Source of the DNA: Ginglymostoma cirratum
Taxonomy: Eukaryota
Assembly (NCBI GenBank): GCA_024137785.1
Contig: JAHRHZ010000009.1
Location: forward strand, 5,321,371 to 5,385,370
Length of the DNA: 64,000 nucleotides
Reading direction: 5' to 3'
The notes below the pieces were generated by a model, which did not search any database, was not told the DNA's origin, and saw only the letters and a program-made list of their open reading frames with translations. The position numbers were made by a program, and so were the translations under genes. This document shows positions 62,415 through 64,000 of the stretch, piece after piece (position 1 is the stretch's first letter; every line of letters starts with the position of its first letter).

Positions 62415-64000
62415 GGACAAAGAACAGTACAGAAGAGGAACAGGCCCTTTGGCCCACCAAGACTGCGTCGATACATAACATCTTTCTAAACTAAATACCT
62501 TTTCCTCTATGTGTTCTGTATCCCTCCATTCCCTACCTATTCATGTATCTGTCAAGATAGCTCTTAAACATTGCTATTCTATCTGCCTCCACTACTCCAC
62601 TACTGCATCATGTTCCAGGCATTTACCACCCTCTGTGTAAAAACCTGCCTCGCACATCCCCTTTATACTTAATTCCTTTTACCTTAAACCTATGTCGCCT
62701 CATTACTGGCTTTTACACTCTGGGAAAAAGACTCCTGACTATCCACGCCTCTCATAATTTTGTAAACTTCTGGCACGTCGCACTTCATCTTTCAACATTC
62801 AAATGAAAACAAATCAAGTTTGTCCATTCTGTCCTCATAGCTGATACTGTCCAAATCAGGCAACATCCTGGTAAACCTTTTCTCTACCATCTCCAAAGCC
62901 TCCACATCTTTCTGGTAGTGTAACAACTAGAACTGTGCACTATATTCCGAATGTGCCCTAATTTTTATTCTCTGTGCCTCAATCGATAAAAGCAAGCATG
63001 CCATAAGCCTTCTTGACCACCTTATCCTCTTGTGTTGCCACTTTCAGGGAACTGTAGACTGGTACACCTAGATCCCTCTGGATGTTAATGCTACTGAGAG
63101 TTCTGCCATTTACTGTCGAGCTCCCTCCTGCATTAGATCTTCCAAAACGCATCACCTCATATTTGACCAGATTAAACTCCATCTTCGCCCAAGTTTCTAG
63201 CCTAGACATATCCTGCAAAATATTTGGGATATATATCTGGCAATATATATTGTAGAATATATATAGACTACAATATATATAGGCTGGCAATCTCCATCAT
63301 TATCCACAGCTCCACCAACCTTTGTGTCATCAGCAAACTTACTAATCAGGCTACCTACATTCTTCTCCAAATCTTTTCTGTACATTACAAACAATCAGTT
63401 TCACAGCACTGATCTGTGTGGAATATCACTAGTTATAGATCTTCAGTCAGAAAAATAACCTACTGCTACTGTCTGTCTTCTGTGACTGAGCCACTTCTGT
63501 ATCTATCTTACCAGCTCACCTCAAATCCTGTGTGATTTTCATTTTCTATATCAGCTTAACATGAAGGATCTTGTCAAAGGCCTTACTGAAGTTCATTTTG
63601 ACAACACCTACTGCCCTGCCCTCAATTGTCTTTGTCACTTCCTCAAAAAAACTCAATAAATCTTGCAAGACATGACATTCCCTGCACAAAGCCATGCTGC
63701 CTATTGCTTAATAAGTCCATATTATCCAAATATGACTCATTCCTATCACTAAGAGTCTCCTCCAATAATTTCCCTATCACTGACATAAGGCTCACTGGTC
63801 TATAACTTTCTGAATTATCCCTGTTGCCTTTCTTAAACAAAAGAACAATGTAGGGTATTTTCCAGTTACCTGGGACCTCTCTGTAACGAAACAGAAGACA
63901 AAGATTTCATACAGTAGTCCCAACAATTTCCTCACTTGCCTCCCTCAACATTCTGGGAATGATCCCATCAGGTCCTGGGGATTTGTCTACCTTAATGCTT
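62415..64000 (-). mobile_element. CR1 LINE ORF2 (RT) and 3' tail, running off the window edge
   Basis: FKKGNRDNSESYRPVSLMSVIGKLLE...QHGFVQGMSCL, ISKFADDTKVGG, VVKKAYGMLAFI. Confidence 0.93.

Noticed and set aside
1-64000. CRISPR array or prokaryotic operon-type system
   Set aside because: Eukaryotic repeat-rich DNA with no regularly spaced direct repeats and no long intact ORFs other than the PLE fragment.

Overview
Repeat-dense vertebrate DNA, most likely intronic or intergenic sequence from a cartilaginous fish. The HE1/V-SINE, DeuSINE, CR1 and Penelope repertoire points to a shark (inference, no search run). I cannot identify any host protein-coding exon with confidence, and almost all listed ORFs are spurious or transposon-derived. 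The window is a nested TE landscape. It holds several decayed two-gene PIF/Harbinger transposons (HARBI1-like DDE transposase plus a spliced Myb/SANT partner) and two young, 5'-truncated Neptune-type Penelope-like elements (PLEs) with GIY-YIG endonuclease. It also holds about ten PLE tail fragments carrying minimal hammerhead-ribozyme motifs, often in inverted pairs, plus two solo LTRs with 4-bp TSDs, many CR1-clade LINE fragments, at least four SINE families and a 400-N gap. The most interesting observations are the hammerhead motifs, the shared truncation point of the two GIY-YIG copies, a family of GC-rich non-coding retroelements with a common 3' tail, and candidate microexon/recursive splice signals. 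I found no clearly novel biological system. Repeat boundaries were read by eye and are approximate unless a TSD is given.
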